A stretch of 27,479 bases of DNA from Verrucomicrobiales bacterium (GTDB lineage: Bacteria > Verrucomicrobiota > Verrucomicrobiia > Verrucomicrobiales > SLCJ01). Of the stretch, positions 16,922-26,768 are shown piece by piece (the first letter of the stretch is position 1; the number at the start of each line of letters is the position of its first letter). The notes under the pieces are model-generated. The model saw nothing but the letters and a program-made list of their open reading frames with translations, was not told where the DNA came from and searched no databases. The stretch is from NCBI GenBank assembly GCA_046075565.1, contig JBJTQJ010000078.1, positions 1 to 27,479 on the forward strand. Reading direction: 5' to 3'. A program made the position numbers and the translations under genes.

Positions 16922-18763
16922 TCAGAAAGAGGCGGCGATCCACCAGAAGATCAGCAGGCCAATGCTGACGAGGAACACGTAGGATTGCAGGCTACCGGAC
17001 TGCAGGCGGCGGAAAGCAGCTCCGAGGCCGGAGGCGGCATGGCCGAGGCCGCCGACAATCAAGCCGTCCACGATATGGCGGTCGATAAGGTTGAAAAGCG
17101 CGGCGGTCGTCTCTTGCCCAGCCTTCACCAGACCGGCATAGATTTCGTCGAAGAAGAACTTCCGCCGGAACAAGGGAATACTCACCGGATCCTTGTCCTT
17201 GCCGCGGTAGAGAGCAAACCCGAGACCGGCTCCGAGCACGAGCGCCCCGATGGAAACCCCGAGGATGATCGAATGTCCTTCGACATGTTCCTCTGGAAAG
17301 ACGAGGGAGATGAGGCCTTCGGGAAGGACAAACGACGCCACCGGTTTGAACCCGGCTACGATCGCGGCGATGGCGAGGACAAGCAACGGCACCCACATCA
17401 CGGGTGGAACTTCATGGGCATGGTCTGCGTCCTCCCCGCGGGCTTTGCCAAAGAAGGTCACGCAGAACAAACGGGCCATGTAGAATGGTGTGAGCAGCGC
17501 GACACCGGCGGCCAACCAGAAGAGTGCCTTGTTCTGTCCGTAGGCCGCCGCGAGGATCGCCTCCTTCGACCAGAAGCCGGAAGTCACGAAGGGCACGGCC
17601 ATGAGGGCGGCGGTGCCGGCGAGGAAGGTCGCGAAGGTGATGGGGAGCTTCTTGGAAAGCCCGCCCATTTTCCAGATATCCTGCTCGTGGTGGCAGGCGT
17701 GGATGATTGCGCCAGCGCCGAGGAAAAGCAGGGCTTTGAAGAACGCGTGGGTGTAGAGGTGGAAGAAGGCGGCGGCGGGAGCGAGCAGGCCTACGGCCAT
17801 GACCATGTAGCCGAGTTGGGAAAGCGTCGAGTAGGCGAGCACGCGCTTGATGTCGTCCTGTTGCGTCGCCATGAGGGCGGCTAACAGAGCGGTGCCAGCT
17901 CCGACCCATGCGATGACATTGGCCGCCTGTGCCGCGTCGGGCAGGAAAAGCAGGAACGACATGCGCACGAGCATGTAAACACCGGCCGCGACCATGGTGG
18001 CGGCATGAATGAGCGCGGACACCGGAGTCGGACCTTCCATGGCGTCCGGTAGCCAGACGTGCAGCGGAAACTGCGCCGACTTACCGACCGCGCCGCAGAA
18101 CAAGCAGAGCACGGCGGCCACAAGCATACTGCCGCTTAGGCCGAGCGTGCCATCAGCGGCTTTGGCCTGCAAGGTCGCAAAGTCCAGTGTTCCCGCGGCC
18201 CAGAAAAGAAGGAGGATGCCGGTGAGGAATCCGAAGTCGCCCACGCGGTTCGTGATGAAGGCTTTTTTGGCGGCGTCGGCCGCGCTCTCTTTGTGGAACC
18301 AATGGCCGATGAGGATATAGGAACTCACGCCCACCAGCTCCCAGAAGATGAACATCATGAGGAAGTTGTCGGCCAGCACGATGCCGGTCATCGAGAACAT
18401 GAACAGCGACAGGCCGGCGAAGTAGCGGGCGCGTCCGGTGTCGTCCTTCATGTAACCCAACGAGAAGATGTGCACGAGCAAGCCGATGCTGGTGACCACG
18501 ACCATCATGGCGGTGGAGAGGGGGGCGAGGAACAAACCGACGCGGATCGGTTGGGCGTCACCGACCGGCAAGCGGATCCAATCGAAGACGGGCGTGGAGC
18601 CCGGGGTGTTGCCGAGCAGCCAGAGACTGATGCCGAAAGTAACCGCGGTCGAAGCGGTGCCGAAAAGAGCCGCAATACCACCGGCCCGCGGCAATGCGAA
18701 GTGGATCGCCATCGCGCTGGCGAGCGGGAGAAGAAGGAGGATCCAGGGCAGGGTGTCGGTCAT
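16922..18763 (-). CDS. nuoL: NADH-quinone oxidoreductase subunit L
   Basis: Start MTDTLPW at 18763. Motifs WELVGVSSYILIG, AFITNRVGD, GKSAQFPLHVWLPDAMEGPTPVSALIHAATMV and THAFFKALLFL. Confidence 0.96.
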   Translation of the reverse strand: MTDTLPWILLLLPLASAMAIHFALPRAGGIAALFGTASTAVTFGISLWLLGNTPGSTPVFDWIRLPVGDAQPIRVGLFLAPLSTAMMVVVTSIGLLVHIFSLGYMKDDTGRARYFAGLSLFMFSMTGIVLADNFLMMFIFWELVGVSSYILIGHWFHKESAADAAKKAFITNRVGDFGFLTGILLLFWAAGTLDFATLQAKAADGTLGLSGSMLVAAVLCLFCGAVGKSAQFPLHVWLPDAMEGPTPVSALIHAATMVAAGVYMLVRMSFLLFLPDAAQAANVIAWVGAGTALLAALMATQQDDIKRVLAYSTLSQLGYMVMAVGLLAPAAAFFHLYTHAFFKALLFLGAGAIIHACHHEQDIWKMGGLSKKLPITFATFLAGTAALMAVPFVTSGFWSKEAILAAAYGQNKALFWLAAGVALLTPFYMARLFCVTFFGKARGEDADHAHEVPPVMWVPLLVLAIAAIVAGFKPVASFVLPEGLISLVFPEEHVEGHSIILGVSIGALVLGAGLGFALYRGKDKDPVSIPLFRRKFFFDEIYAGLVKAGQETTAALFNLIDRHIVDGLIVGGLGHAASGLGAAFRRLQSGSLQSYVFLVSIGLLIFWWIAASF

Positions 18764-18776
18764 GGCGAAGAAAGGT

Positions 18777-19091
18777 TCAGCCCTTGAGTGAATCGAGGTC
18801 GGACACGTCCACGGTTTGTTTGGTGCGGTAGAGGGCGACGATGATGGCCAATCCAACCGCCACCTCGGCGGCCGCGACCGTGATCACGAAAAACACCAGC
18901 GTCTGCGCTTCGAAAGCGGGCAGACCGTTTTCCAGACGGAAACGCGAGAAGGCAACGAGAGTCAGGCTCGCCGCCGCCAGCATCATTTCCAGACACATGA
19001 AGATGATTAACAAATTCCGGCGCACGAGCACGCCGAACAATCCGATGGAGAAAAGGACTCCGGAAACGAGCAGATAATGCGAGAGTGTCAT
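18777..19091 (-). CDS. nuoK: NADH-quinone oxidoreductase subunit K
   Basis: 104 aa. Motifs [15 protein letters not shown] and [12 protein letters not shown]. Confidence 0.96.
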   Translation of the reverse strand: MTLSHYLLVSGVLFSIGLFGVLVRRNLLIIFMCLEMMLAAASLTLVAFSRFRLENGLPAFEAQTLVFFVITVAAAEVAVGLAIIVALYRTKQTVDVSDLDSLKG

Positions 19092-19110
19092 GGTCGTTGG
19101 CGGAGGTGGG

Positions 19111-19698
19111 TCAGCGGAGTTTGCGTTTCGACAGCACGACCACCCCGAGGGTGGCCACGAGCAGAAGCACGCCGACCACCTGAAGGTGGAGGTTGAAGCG
19201 GGTGAAAATGGTTTCCCCGATCAGGTGGGTATCGGGCAGCGACTCATGGCCGGGCTGGAACTTCGAGAGGATGAAATCGCCCCCGGCTTTGTCGCCGAGT
19301 TGGGCAGCTCGAGCTTTGCTCGCTACATCGAATTCAAGCTTCGGCTTATGGACCAGCTTGTTATCCAAGGTCGCGACCACGGCGACAATTTGCCCGCCAA
19401 CTAGCAAGGCGATGAGCATGCCTGCGAAGGCGGAGGGAAGCCGCGAGCGTTTGCGCTCCTCGTGTTTCAGATCGAGGAGCATGATGATGAAGAGGAAAAG
19501 CACCATCACCGCTCCGGCGTAGACCAGCACCTGGAGGATGCCGATGAGGAATGCGTCCAACTGGATGAAAAGCGCAGCCAGACCCATGAAACTCACGACC
19601 AGACAGAGCGCGCTCGACACCGGATTACGGCTAATCACCACCCCGAGACCGAAACCGATCATCAGGATGGAGAAAAGATAGAAAAGAACGTGCTGCAT
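19111..19698 (-). CDS. nuoJ: NADH-quinone oxidoreductase subunit J
   Basis: Motifs [10 protein letters not shown] and [20 protein letters not shown]. Confidence 0.96.
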   Translation of the reverse strand: MQHVLFYLFSILMIGFGLGVVISRNPVSSALCLVVSFMGLAALFIQLDAFLIGILQVLVYAGAVMVLFLFIIMLLDLKHEERKRSRLPSAFAGMLIALLVGGQIVAVVATLDNKLVHKPKLEFDVASKARAAQLGDKAGGDFILSKFQPGHESLPDTHLIGETIFTRFNLHLQVVGVLLLVATLGVVVLSKRKLR

Positions 19699-19710
19699 GG
19701 GGCCTTGGAA

Positions 19711-20244
19711 TTACTTCAACTCATTCCACTTATTGACGAGTCCGGTGCGGACGCCGCCGATCTTGTAGAGCTTCTGCTTGTCGTGGACCATTTCCTCGCG
19801 GCTGGTTCCGGTGATGGCGTAGTCCTTGCGCAGGAAGATGGCTTGCTCGGGACAGACTTCCTCGCAGAGACCGCAGTAAATGCAGCGGATCATGTCGATG
19901 TCGAAAGCCTTCGGGCGTTTTTCGACTTTCGCCCACTGATCTTCGGTCGGGATTTCCTCCGGTGTGATAGTGATGGCGCGCGGTGGGCAGATGAACTCGC
20001 ATAGCTGGCAGGCTACGCAGCGTTCTCGGCCTTGTTCGTCGGTGACGAGCGCAGGGGCACCCCGGTAGTATTCGGGCAAATGGCTATCCCACTTTTCTTC
20101 CGGATACTGCATGGTCACCTTTTTCTTGCGGCGCAGGATGTTCACCGCGTGTGCGAAGGTGATCTTCAATCCTTTGAGCAGTGCCGGCAGATAGAACCGC
20201 TCGGCAATGGTCAAGTTAGGGCGTTGGACTTTAATGACGGCCAT
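19711..20244 (-). CDS. nuoI: NADH-quinone oxidoreductase subunit I
   Basis: Start MAVIKV at 20244. Motif TMQYPEE and two ferredoxin motifs, CVACQLCEFICP and CIYCGLCEEVCP. Confidence 0.96.
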   Translation of the reverse strand: MAVIKVQRPNLTIAERFYLPALLKGLKITFAHAVNILRRKKKVTMQYPEEKWDSHLPEYYRGAPALVTDEQGRERCVACQLCEFICPPRAITITPEEIPTEDQWAKVEKRPKAFDIDMIRCIYCGLCEEVCPEQAIFLRKDYAITGTSREEMVHDKQKLYKIGGVRTGLVNKWNELK

Positions 20245-20266
20245 TTCAGCTTGGAGGGTGAGGGGG

Positions 20267-21436
20267 TTAGCGGAAAAAAGCGAGGATGGCGGCGGTGAGG
20301 AAGACGTTGACGAGGGCGGCTTCAAAGAAGACGACCCAGCCCAACTTCATCAATTGGTCGTAGCGGAACCGTGGAACGGTCCAGCGGACCCAGATGAAGA
20401 AGACGATAAAAGCGACCACCTTGGTAAGGAAAACCCCGACGCCGATCAGGGTGGCCCACCAAGGCATGAGGCCGTCGGCCCCGCGCATGAAGTTGTCGAG
20501 TCCGAAGGGCAGCGACCATCCGCCGAGGAAGAGGGTGACGGTCAGTGCCGAGCCAATGATCATGGCGGCGTATTCGCCCATGAAGAAGAGCGCGAATTTC
20601 ATCGAGCTGTATTCGGTGTGGTAACCGGCGACCAGTTCGGTTTCGCACTCCGGCAAGTCGAACGGCGCGCGGTTCGTCTCGGCGAAAAGGGAAACGGTGA
20701 AAATGATGAACGCGATGAACGCGGGCAGCCAGACCAGCCACGCCTGCGCGGTCGTGATGGGCGAGCCTTCACTTTGGCCGAAAGCCACCGGCAGCAACAA
20801 CCATCCGTGTCGGCTCTGCTGCTCGACGATTTCACCGAGATTTAGATTGCCGAAAACCAGCAGCACCGGCAAAAGGGCCAAGCCGAGGGCGATTTCATAG
20901 GAAATCATCTGCGCGCTCGAACGCACCCCACCGAGGAAGGGATACTTCGAGTTCGAAGACCAACCGGCGAGCACGATGCCGTAAACGGAAAGTGAGGCGA
21001 TGGCGAAAACGAACAAAGGCCCGGCGTCCACGTTGGCAATGGAAAGCGGGACGTGTTTTCCAGCGAGGCCCGGCACCCAATCGGGAATAACCAGTGTGCC
21101 ACCGAAGGGAATCACACACGCTGAAACAATCGAAGGAATCAACACCAGCGCCGGAGCGAGCCAGTAATAGAACTTCTTCACATGCAAGGGAGTGAAATCC
21201 TCTTTCAGGATCAATTTGATTCCATCCGCCGCCGGTTGGAACAAACCGAAGAGCGAGGAATCCTTCTTGAAGCCGAGCAGGGTGAGCGGTAGGCCGACGC
21301 GGTTCGGGCCGACACGGTCCTGGATAACGGCAGACACGCGCCGCTCGAGGTAAACCGAAATCGGCACGAGAGTCAGCACGATGCCGAGCACAATCGCGCT
21401 TTTGATTAGAGAAGAAATGATAAGGAACCAGTCCAT
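20267..21436 (-). CDS. nuoH: NADH-quinone oxidoreductase subunit H
   Basis: Start MDWFLII at 21436. Motifs ERRVSAVIQDRVGPNRVG, ADGIKLILKE, AETNRAPFDLPECETELVAGYHTEYS and PRFRYDQLM. Confidence 0.97.
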   Translation of the reverse strand: MDWFLIISSLIKSAIVLGIVLTLVPISVYLERRVSAVIQDRVGPNRVGLPLTLLGFKKDSSLFGLFQPAADGIKLILKEDFTPLHVKKFYYWLAPALVLIPSIVSACVIPFGGTLVIPDWVPGLAGKHVPLSIANVDAGPLFVFAIASLSVYGIVLAGWSSNSKYPFLGGVRSSAQMISYEIALGLALLPVLLVFGNLNLGEIVEQQSRHGWLLLPVAFGQSEGSPITTAQAWLVWLPAFIAFIIFTVSLFAETNRAPFDLPECETELVAGYHTEYSSMKFALFFMGEYAAMIIGSALTVTLFLGGWSLPFGLDNFMRGADGLMPWWATLIGVGVFLTKVVAFIVFFIWVRWTVPRFRYDQLMKLGWVVFFEAALVNVFLTAAILAFFR

Positions 21437-21453
21437 GCGGGGGATTGATGGGC

Positions 21454-23196
21454 TCAGCCGTTGATTTCGCCGCGGCGGACGCGCTCGCGCTCGCGTTCGA
21501 GCAGCGGAATGGTAACACCGGTTTGGTAGATTTGCACGCCGGCATCGCCGATGCGGCCGAGGATTTGGCCATCGAAAAAGGGGATCTCCGCGGCCATGGC
21601 GGAGAAAAGATCTTCGATCAGATAGGGGCCGCTGTCGCCGCCGCAGGCGGTAGCGAGGTCGCGTAGGATTTCCCAATCGTCGCGGGCGTCGCCGGGTGGA
21701 TTGAGAGCGGCATTCAGGCGTTGGAGCCGGCCGGTCACGTTGATCATCGAACCGCGTTTCTCGGCGAATCCGGCTCCGGGCAGCACGACCTTGGCGGCCG
21801 CAGCGGTCGGGTTGGCGAGAATGTGTTGGGAAACGAGGAAGGGGATAGCGGCCAATTCATCTTCGGTGAATCCGGCTTCCTTGAGCAGGTTTTCGTGCAA
21901 GGTGAGCACGGCTTTGATTTTCCCGGAACGGATGTCCGCGCGCAGAGCGGCAAGTCCGGAGCCGCTGCCATCGAGACCGAAGACGTTCTTCACGCCTTCG
22001 GTATTCGGGTTGCGGTCGGCGGAAATGAGATACCCGTCCGATTCGGCGACCCGGGGCACCATCTCGATGCGGGTGGTGCCAAGCAATCCCGCAAGACGCC
22101 GCGCCATAAAAAGTTCTTCGTTGGTCATTCGGCCGGAGACCACGATGGCCGCATCCGCACCCGCTTCTTTGAGTCCCGCTGCCGCCGTCTTGATGGCTTC
22201 ATTCCACTTCACGGCCACGTGCTGGCCGTCCTTGGCCACCATCGGCATGGTCAGGCGAGCTTCGCTGTTCAGATAGTGGAAATTCAAGCGGTGGCTGTCC
22301 GGTATCCAAGCCGAATTCACGTCGTTGTTTTCGCGAGGCGTGATGCGGTAGATGGTATCGCCGCGGGTCCAGATCGTGATGTTGGCTCCGGTTCCGCAAT
22401 TCACATCGATGGATTTGGTTTCCTTGAGGAACCAAACCCGCATCTGGAAGCGGAAGTCGGTGGAAGTGAGCGCGCCGACCGGGCAGATGTCCACGGTGTT
22501 GAGACCGTAATTATGATCGAGTTTGCGATCCGGGTGCACGGACAAGGTGGTGAATCCGCCGCGCGAGGTGAAACCAAGCACCGGATCCTCGGCCACTTCG
22601 TTCATGAAGCGGATACAACGGCTGCACATGATGCATCGTTCGTCATCGAGGCGGATGCGCGGACCAATGTCCACGTTCTTCGGCTTCTTGACTTTTTCCT
22701 CCTGGAAGCGGGAGACCCCGCGGCCGTAACCGACGGAAAATTCCTGCAAGCGGCACTCGCCGGCTTGGTCGCAGATTGGGCAATCGAGCGGGTGATTGGC
22801 GAGGATGAATTCCATCACGCCATTGCGCACCTCGTTCACCAGCACACTCTTCGTGCGGATACCCATGTTCTCGGCCACGGTATTGGCGCAGGAAATCACC
22901 GGGCGCGGCATCCACTGGATGGGCAGGTAACCATCGGCATCGTATTGCGGCTCGGCACCCGGCATCGGGCGCGGCGGCATCCCTTGTTCGACGAGGCACA
23001 TGCGGCAGTTGCCGGGGGCGGTGAGCTTCGGGTGATAACAATAGTGAGGCACTTCGAGGTCGGCCTGATGGATCGCCTCGATCATCTTCATTCCCTTCGG
23101 GAAGCGATGCCAGACGCCATCCACCTGCACGTTGACCAGACCTTGTTCGGCGGCCACGTCTTTGGGGAGTTTCACTGGGTTGGCGGTTTCGCTCAT
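21454..23196 (-). CDS. nuoG: NADH-quinone oxidoreductase subunit G (short form, 580 aa)
   Basis: Start MSETANP at 23196. Motifs PHYCYHPKL..GNCRMCLVE..C, NHPLDCPICDQAGECRLQ and RCIMCSRC..DICPVGAL. Confidence 0.95.
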   Translation of the reverse strand: MSETANPVKLPKDVAAEQGLVNVQVDGVWHRFPKGMKMIEAIHQADLEVPHYCYHPKLTAPGNCRMCLVEQGMPPRPMPGAEPQYDADGYLPIQWMPRPVISCANTVAENMGIRTKSVLVNEVRNGVMEFILANHPLDCPICDQAGECRLQEFSVGYGRGVSRFQEEKVKKPKNVDIGPRIRLDDERCIMCSRCIRFMNEVAEDPVLGFTSRGGFTTLSVHPDRKLDHNYGLNTVDICPVGALTSTDFRFQMRVWFLKETKSIDVNCGTGANITIWTRGDTIYRITPRENNDVNSAWIPDSHRLNFHYLNSEARLTMPMVAKDGQHVAVKWNEAIKTAAAGLKEAGADAAIVVSGRMTNEELFMARRLAGLLGTTRIEMVPRVAESDGYLISADRNPNTEGVKNVFGLDGSGSGLAALRADIRSGKIKAVLTLHENLLKEAGFTEDELAAIPFLVSQHILANPTAAAAKVVLPGAGFAEKRGSMINVTGRLQRLNAALNPPGDARDDWEILRDLATACGGDSGPYLIEDLFSAMAAEIPFFDGQILGRIGDAGVQIYQTGVTIPLLERERERVRRGEING

Positions 23197-23215
23197 GGGA
23201 AATTGGCTCGGGGTA

Positions 23216-24619
23216 TCACTTCTCGACCAGGAAGCGGCGCTGGGCGATGGCCTCCGCGTTCTTCGGTTGGCCCTTTTTATCGAAATGGGTGGATTGGATA
23301 AGTTCGGATTTGAACTTGAGGACGAAACTCTGGGTCGGCCAGGAACAGGCCTCGCCGAAGGCGCAAATGGTCTTGCCTTCGATCTGATCGGCAACCGTCT
23401 TGAGTTGATCGATGTCTTCGGGGGCGGCTTCGCCGGTCACGATGCGATCGGAAATTTTCCGCATCCAGAGAGCGCCCTCGCGGCACGGCGTGCACTGCCC
23501 GCAGCTCTCGTGCGCGTAGAAGGTATTGATGTTGTTCAGCACCCAAGCGATGGGGCGGGAGTCATCGATGATGATCACTCCGCCGGAACCGGCCATCGAT
23601 CCGCAGGTCGCCATGGTGTCGAAATCCATTGGGATATCGAGCACACCGATTTCGCGGGTAGTGCCATCGGCATTCTTGAGGGTGAATTTTTCGTCGGCGC
23701 GCAGCACCTTGGCCGATGAGCCGCCGGGAATGATCGCTTTGAGCGCACGTCCTGGTTTCAACCCACCGCACATCTCGTTGATGAGTTCGCCCATGGTCAC
23801 CTTGCCGACTTCGATTTCAAAGTAGCCCGGGTTCACCACGTCTCCAGATACACCGATGATGCGAGTGCCGGTATTGCGCGGCGTGCCGAGGCGGGCGTAG
23901 CTGTCGCCGCCCATGTCGATGATGTGGCGCACATGGCAGAGCGACTCGACGTTGTTGACGATGGTCGGGCAATGGTAGAGGCCGAGGGCGGCAGGGAAGT
24001 AGGGTGGTTTGATGCGCGGATACGGGCGTTTGCCTTCCAACGATTCGATCAATCCGGTTTCTTCGCCGCAGATGTAGGCACCTGCACCGCGGTGGACCCA
24101 GATTTCCAAATCAAAGCCCGTGCCGAGGATGTTCTTGCCGAGGAAATTGCGTTCCCGCGCTTCGTTGAGCGCTTTTTCGAGGATCTTCGCCGCTTCGGGG
24201 AATTCTTCGCGGATATAGATGTAGGCCAGATGGGCTCCGATCGCGAAACACGAGATGACCATGCCTTCGATCAACTGGTGCGGGTCCTGGTGCAGGATGT
24301 AGCGATCCTTGAAGGTGCCCGGCTCCGATTCATCCGCATTGCAGATCAAATACACCGGCTTGGTATTGTTCGGCGGAATGAATGTCCATTTCACTCCGGT
24401 GGGGAATCCGGCGCCGCCTCGTCCGCGCAGGCCGGACTTTTTCACTTCTTCGGTGATGTCCTTCGGGGACATGGCCATGGCCTTGCGCAGGACCTGATAA
24501 CCGCCGTCGTTCAGATACGTGTCGATCGACGGATCCCAGTCCGCGCGGTCCACATTGCGGAAGATCATCCGGTATTCACGCGGATGAGGTTCTTTGCCGG
24601 GGATGTAGGTGACGGACAT
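23216..24619 (-). CDS. nuoF: NADH-quinone oxidoreductase subunit F
   Basis: Motifs SGLRGRGGAGFPTG, NADESEPGTFKDR, GAGAYICGEETGLIESLEG and ESCGQCTPCREG..TICAFG. Confidence 0.97.
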   Translation of the reverse strand: MSVTYIPGKEPHPREYRMIFRNVDRADWDPSIDTYLNDGGYQVLRKAMAMSPKDITEEVKKSGLRGRGGAGFPTGVKWTFIPPNNTKPVYLICNADESEPGTFKDRYILHQDPHQLIEGMVISCFAIGAHLAYIYIREEFPEAAKILEKALNEARERNFLGKNILGTGFDLEIWVHRGAGAYICGEETGLIESLEGKRPYPRIKPPYFPAALGLYHCPTIVNNVESLCHVRHIIDMGGDSYARLGTPRNTGTRIIGVSGDVVNPGYFEIEVGKVTMGELINEMCGGLKPGRALKAIIPGGSSAKVLRADEKFTLKNADGTTREIGVLDIPMDFDTMATCGSMAGSGGVIIIDDSRPIAWVLNNINTFYAHESCGQCTPCREGALWMRKISDRIVTGEAAPEDIDQLKTVADQIEGKTICAFGEACSWPTQSFVLKFKSELIQSTHFDKKGQPKNAEAIAQRRFLVEK

Positions 24620-24641
24620 GTTAGGAAAATTGGAGGGGGAC

Positions 24642-25175
24642 TTAGTGGGCGGCGGCGGGTTGCTGGCGGTAGTTTTCGAGCAGGGCCGCGGCTTTGTCGG
24701 CGGTCAATTGCAGGTGCGTGTCGTCATTGACCATACACACCGGACCGAAACCGCAGGCGGCGAGGCATTCGGCGAATTCCACGGAAATCTCGCCGTCATC
24801 GGAAACCAGCACCGGATTGCGGTGGCCGTGCATCTTGCTCATGTCGATGCCTTTCAGCTCGCAGAGCTGTTTCATCAGATCATAGCTGCCCGCCATGGCG
24901 CAGGAAAGCGTGCGGCAGACCCGGAAATGCAAACGTCCGGGGGCGTGTTGACGGAAGCCCGGATAAAAGGTGACCACCTCAAGAACCTGGATGGGCGCGA
25001 GGCCGAGTCGTTCGGCTGTCCAGCGCACCGCCGCTTCCGATAGATAACCATGCAAGTGCTGGATCTCATGCAGGACCATGAGCACGGCCGAACGCGGACT
25101 GGCCGGATAGTGGCTGACCAGTTCGTCGATGCGGGCGAGGATGGAGTCAGGAAGATGGAAGGTTTCGGCGCTCAT
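24642..25175 (-). CDS. nuoE: NADH-quinone oxidoreductase subunit E
   Basis: Motif EVVTFY and 2Fe-2S ligands VCRTLSC...ECLAAC. Confidence 0.95.
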   Translation of the reverse strand: MSAETFHLPDSILARIDELVSHYPASPRSAVLMVLHEIQHLHGYLSEAAVRWTAERLGLAPIQVLEVVTFYPGFRQHAPGRLHFRVCRTLSCAMAGSYDLMKQLCELKGIDMSKMHGHRNPVLVSDDGEISVEFAECLAACGFGPVCMVNDDTHLQLTADKAAALLENYRQQPAAAH

Positions 25176-25187
25176 GCGGCGGGGGAA

Positions 25188-26447
25188 TCAGCGGTCACAC
25201 TCGCCCATGACGAAGTCGAGCGAGCCGAGGATGGCCACCACGTCGGACACCATGTGTCCGGGCAGCAGTTTGGGGAGGATGGAGAGGTTGACGAAGGAAG
25301 GGCTGCGGATTTTCAAGCGGTAAGGCACTCCGCCCCCCTTGGAATGGATGTAGAAGCCGAGTTCGCCTTTCGGGTTTTCCGCCCCGAAGTAGACTTCTCC
25401 CGGCGGGGCATCAATGCCCTGGGTGGCCACGATGAAGTGATGGATGAGTTCTTCCATCGACATGAGCACCTTTTCCTTCTGGGGCAGGCGGCTCTTCGGG
25501 TCCACGATATTGACCGGACCATCGGGCAGGGTGGCCAGCACCTGCCGCACAATGCGGGCGGACTGGCGCATTTCTTCCATACGCACGAGGTAGCGGTCGA
25601 AACAATCCCCGACCGTGCCGATCGGGATGTCGAAATCATACTGCTCGTAACCGAGATACGGGTGCACCTTGCGCAAATCGTGATCCACGCCCGAGGCGCG
25701 TAAATTCGGGCCGCTGAGCCCGTAACTGATCGCATCCTCGCGGCTGATGAATCCGAGATCCTTCGTCCGGTCGAGGAAGATCTTGTTACGGGTGAGCAGG
25801 CTGTCCACTTCGTCCACCACCGGGAGGAATTCGTCGATGAACTTGCTCACCATCTGCGTGAACCCGGGGGGGAGATCGCGGATTTGCCCGCCAACACGGG
25901 TGTAGGAAGTGGTAAAGCGCGCGCCCGTCAGGTGCTCGCAGAGGTTGTAGATCTTTTCCCGTTCCGTGAAGGTGTAAAGGAAGACCGACATGGCCCCGAC
26001 ATCCATGGCGTAACAACCGACGCCAAGCAGATGGGCGGAAATCCGGGCTAGCTCGCAGGCCAGCACACGCACGGCTTGGCCGCGGGCGGGCAACTCCCAG
26101 CCCATCAGTTTTTCCACCGCGCAGGCATAGGCCACGTTGTTGGCCAGAGGGGCGAGGTAATCCAACCGGTCCGTGTAGGGGACGAACTGGTTATACTGCA
26201 TGTTTTCCGCGATTTTCTCGTCGCCGCGGTGCAGGTAGCCGAGTTCCGGCATGCCCTTGGTAATGACCTCGCCGTCCAATTCCAGGATGATGCGCAAAAC
26301 CCCGTGGGTCGCCGGGTGGCTCGGACCCATATTCAGGGTGAGCTTCTCGCCCACCAGATCCTCGGTCGTCAGTTGATAGGTCGCCGCCGCTTCCGCCGTC
26401 CGGGCGGCGGTATCAGGTGATTGGAATTCCCTTGAAGTGATGGACAT
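25188..26447 (-). CDS. nuoD: NADH-quinone oxidoreductase subunit D (not fused to NuoC)
   Basis: Start MSITSREF at 26447 (419 aa). Motifs LNMGPSHPATHGVLR, GYLHRG.EK, DRLDY, ENPKGELG and C-terminal GSLDFVMGECDR. Confidence 0.96.
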   Translation of the reverse strand: MSITSREFQSPDTAARTAEAAATYQLTTEDLVGEKLTLNMGPSHPATHGVLRIILELDGEVITKGMPELGYLHRGDEKIAENMQYNQFVPYTDRLDYLAPLANNVAYACAVEKLMGWELPARGQAVRVLACELARISAHLLGVGCYAMDVGAMSVFLYTFTEREKIYNLCEHLTGARFTTSYTRVGGQIRDLPPGFTQMVSKFIDEFLPVVDEVDSLLTRNKIFLDRTKDLGFISREDAISYGLSGPNLRASGVDHDLRKVHPYLGYEQYDFDIPIGTVGDCFDRYLVRMEEMRQSARIVRQVLATLPDGPVNIVDPKSRLPQKEKVLMSMEELIHHFIVATQGIDAPPGEVYFGAENPKGELGFYIHSKGGGVPYRLKIRSPSFVNLSILPKLLPGHMVSDVVAILGSLDFVMGECDR

Positions 26448-26541
26448 GCGTGAGCGAGGAGACCGAGGTCGTGGGAGGAGAGCGGAGCTGGAAATGAAGC
26501 GTGCAAGTATCTTTACGTCCGCCACCCCTCGCAAGGTGAAT

Positions 26542-26559
26542 TTGTGAAAAATTTCACAA
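26542..26559. promoter_or_regulatory. Palindromic operator upstream of nuoD (Rex box; also fits CRP-type consensus)
   Basis: TTGTGAA-AAAT-TTCACAA is an exact match to Rex TTGTGAA-N4-TTCACAA and contains TGTGA-N6-TCACA. It lies about 95 nt upstream of the nuoD ATG. Confidence 0.75.
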
Positions 26560-26768
26560 GCTCCGGAGAATATGCGTGAATCATTGAAAATCAATGGAAA
26601 GCTGCATGGTCCGCCGTGATCCCCCGCCACCCGCCCGCAAAGCCATCGCCCTGCGCTTGGATCGGATCGCGGTGGTCGGCGAAGGACAGGACCGCTTTGG
26701 CGGTGGATGCCCCACTTTTTCTTTGGCCCCCACCTCGTCCGGATCCTTGGACCCTAAAATCGTGATGA

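Noticed and set aside
26476-26506. Possible nuoD promoter (- strand TTGCAC at 26501-26506)
   Set aside because: No convincing -10 element at 16-18 nt spacing.
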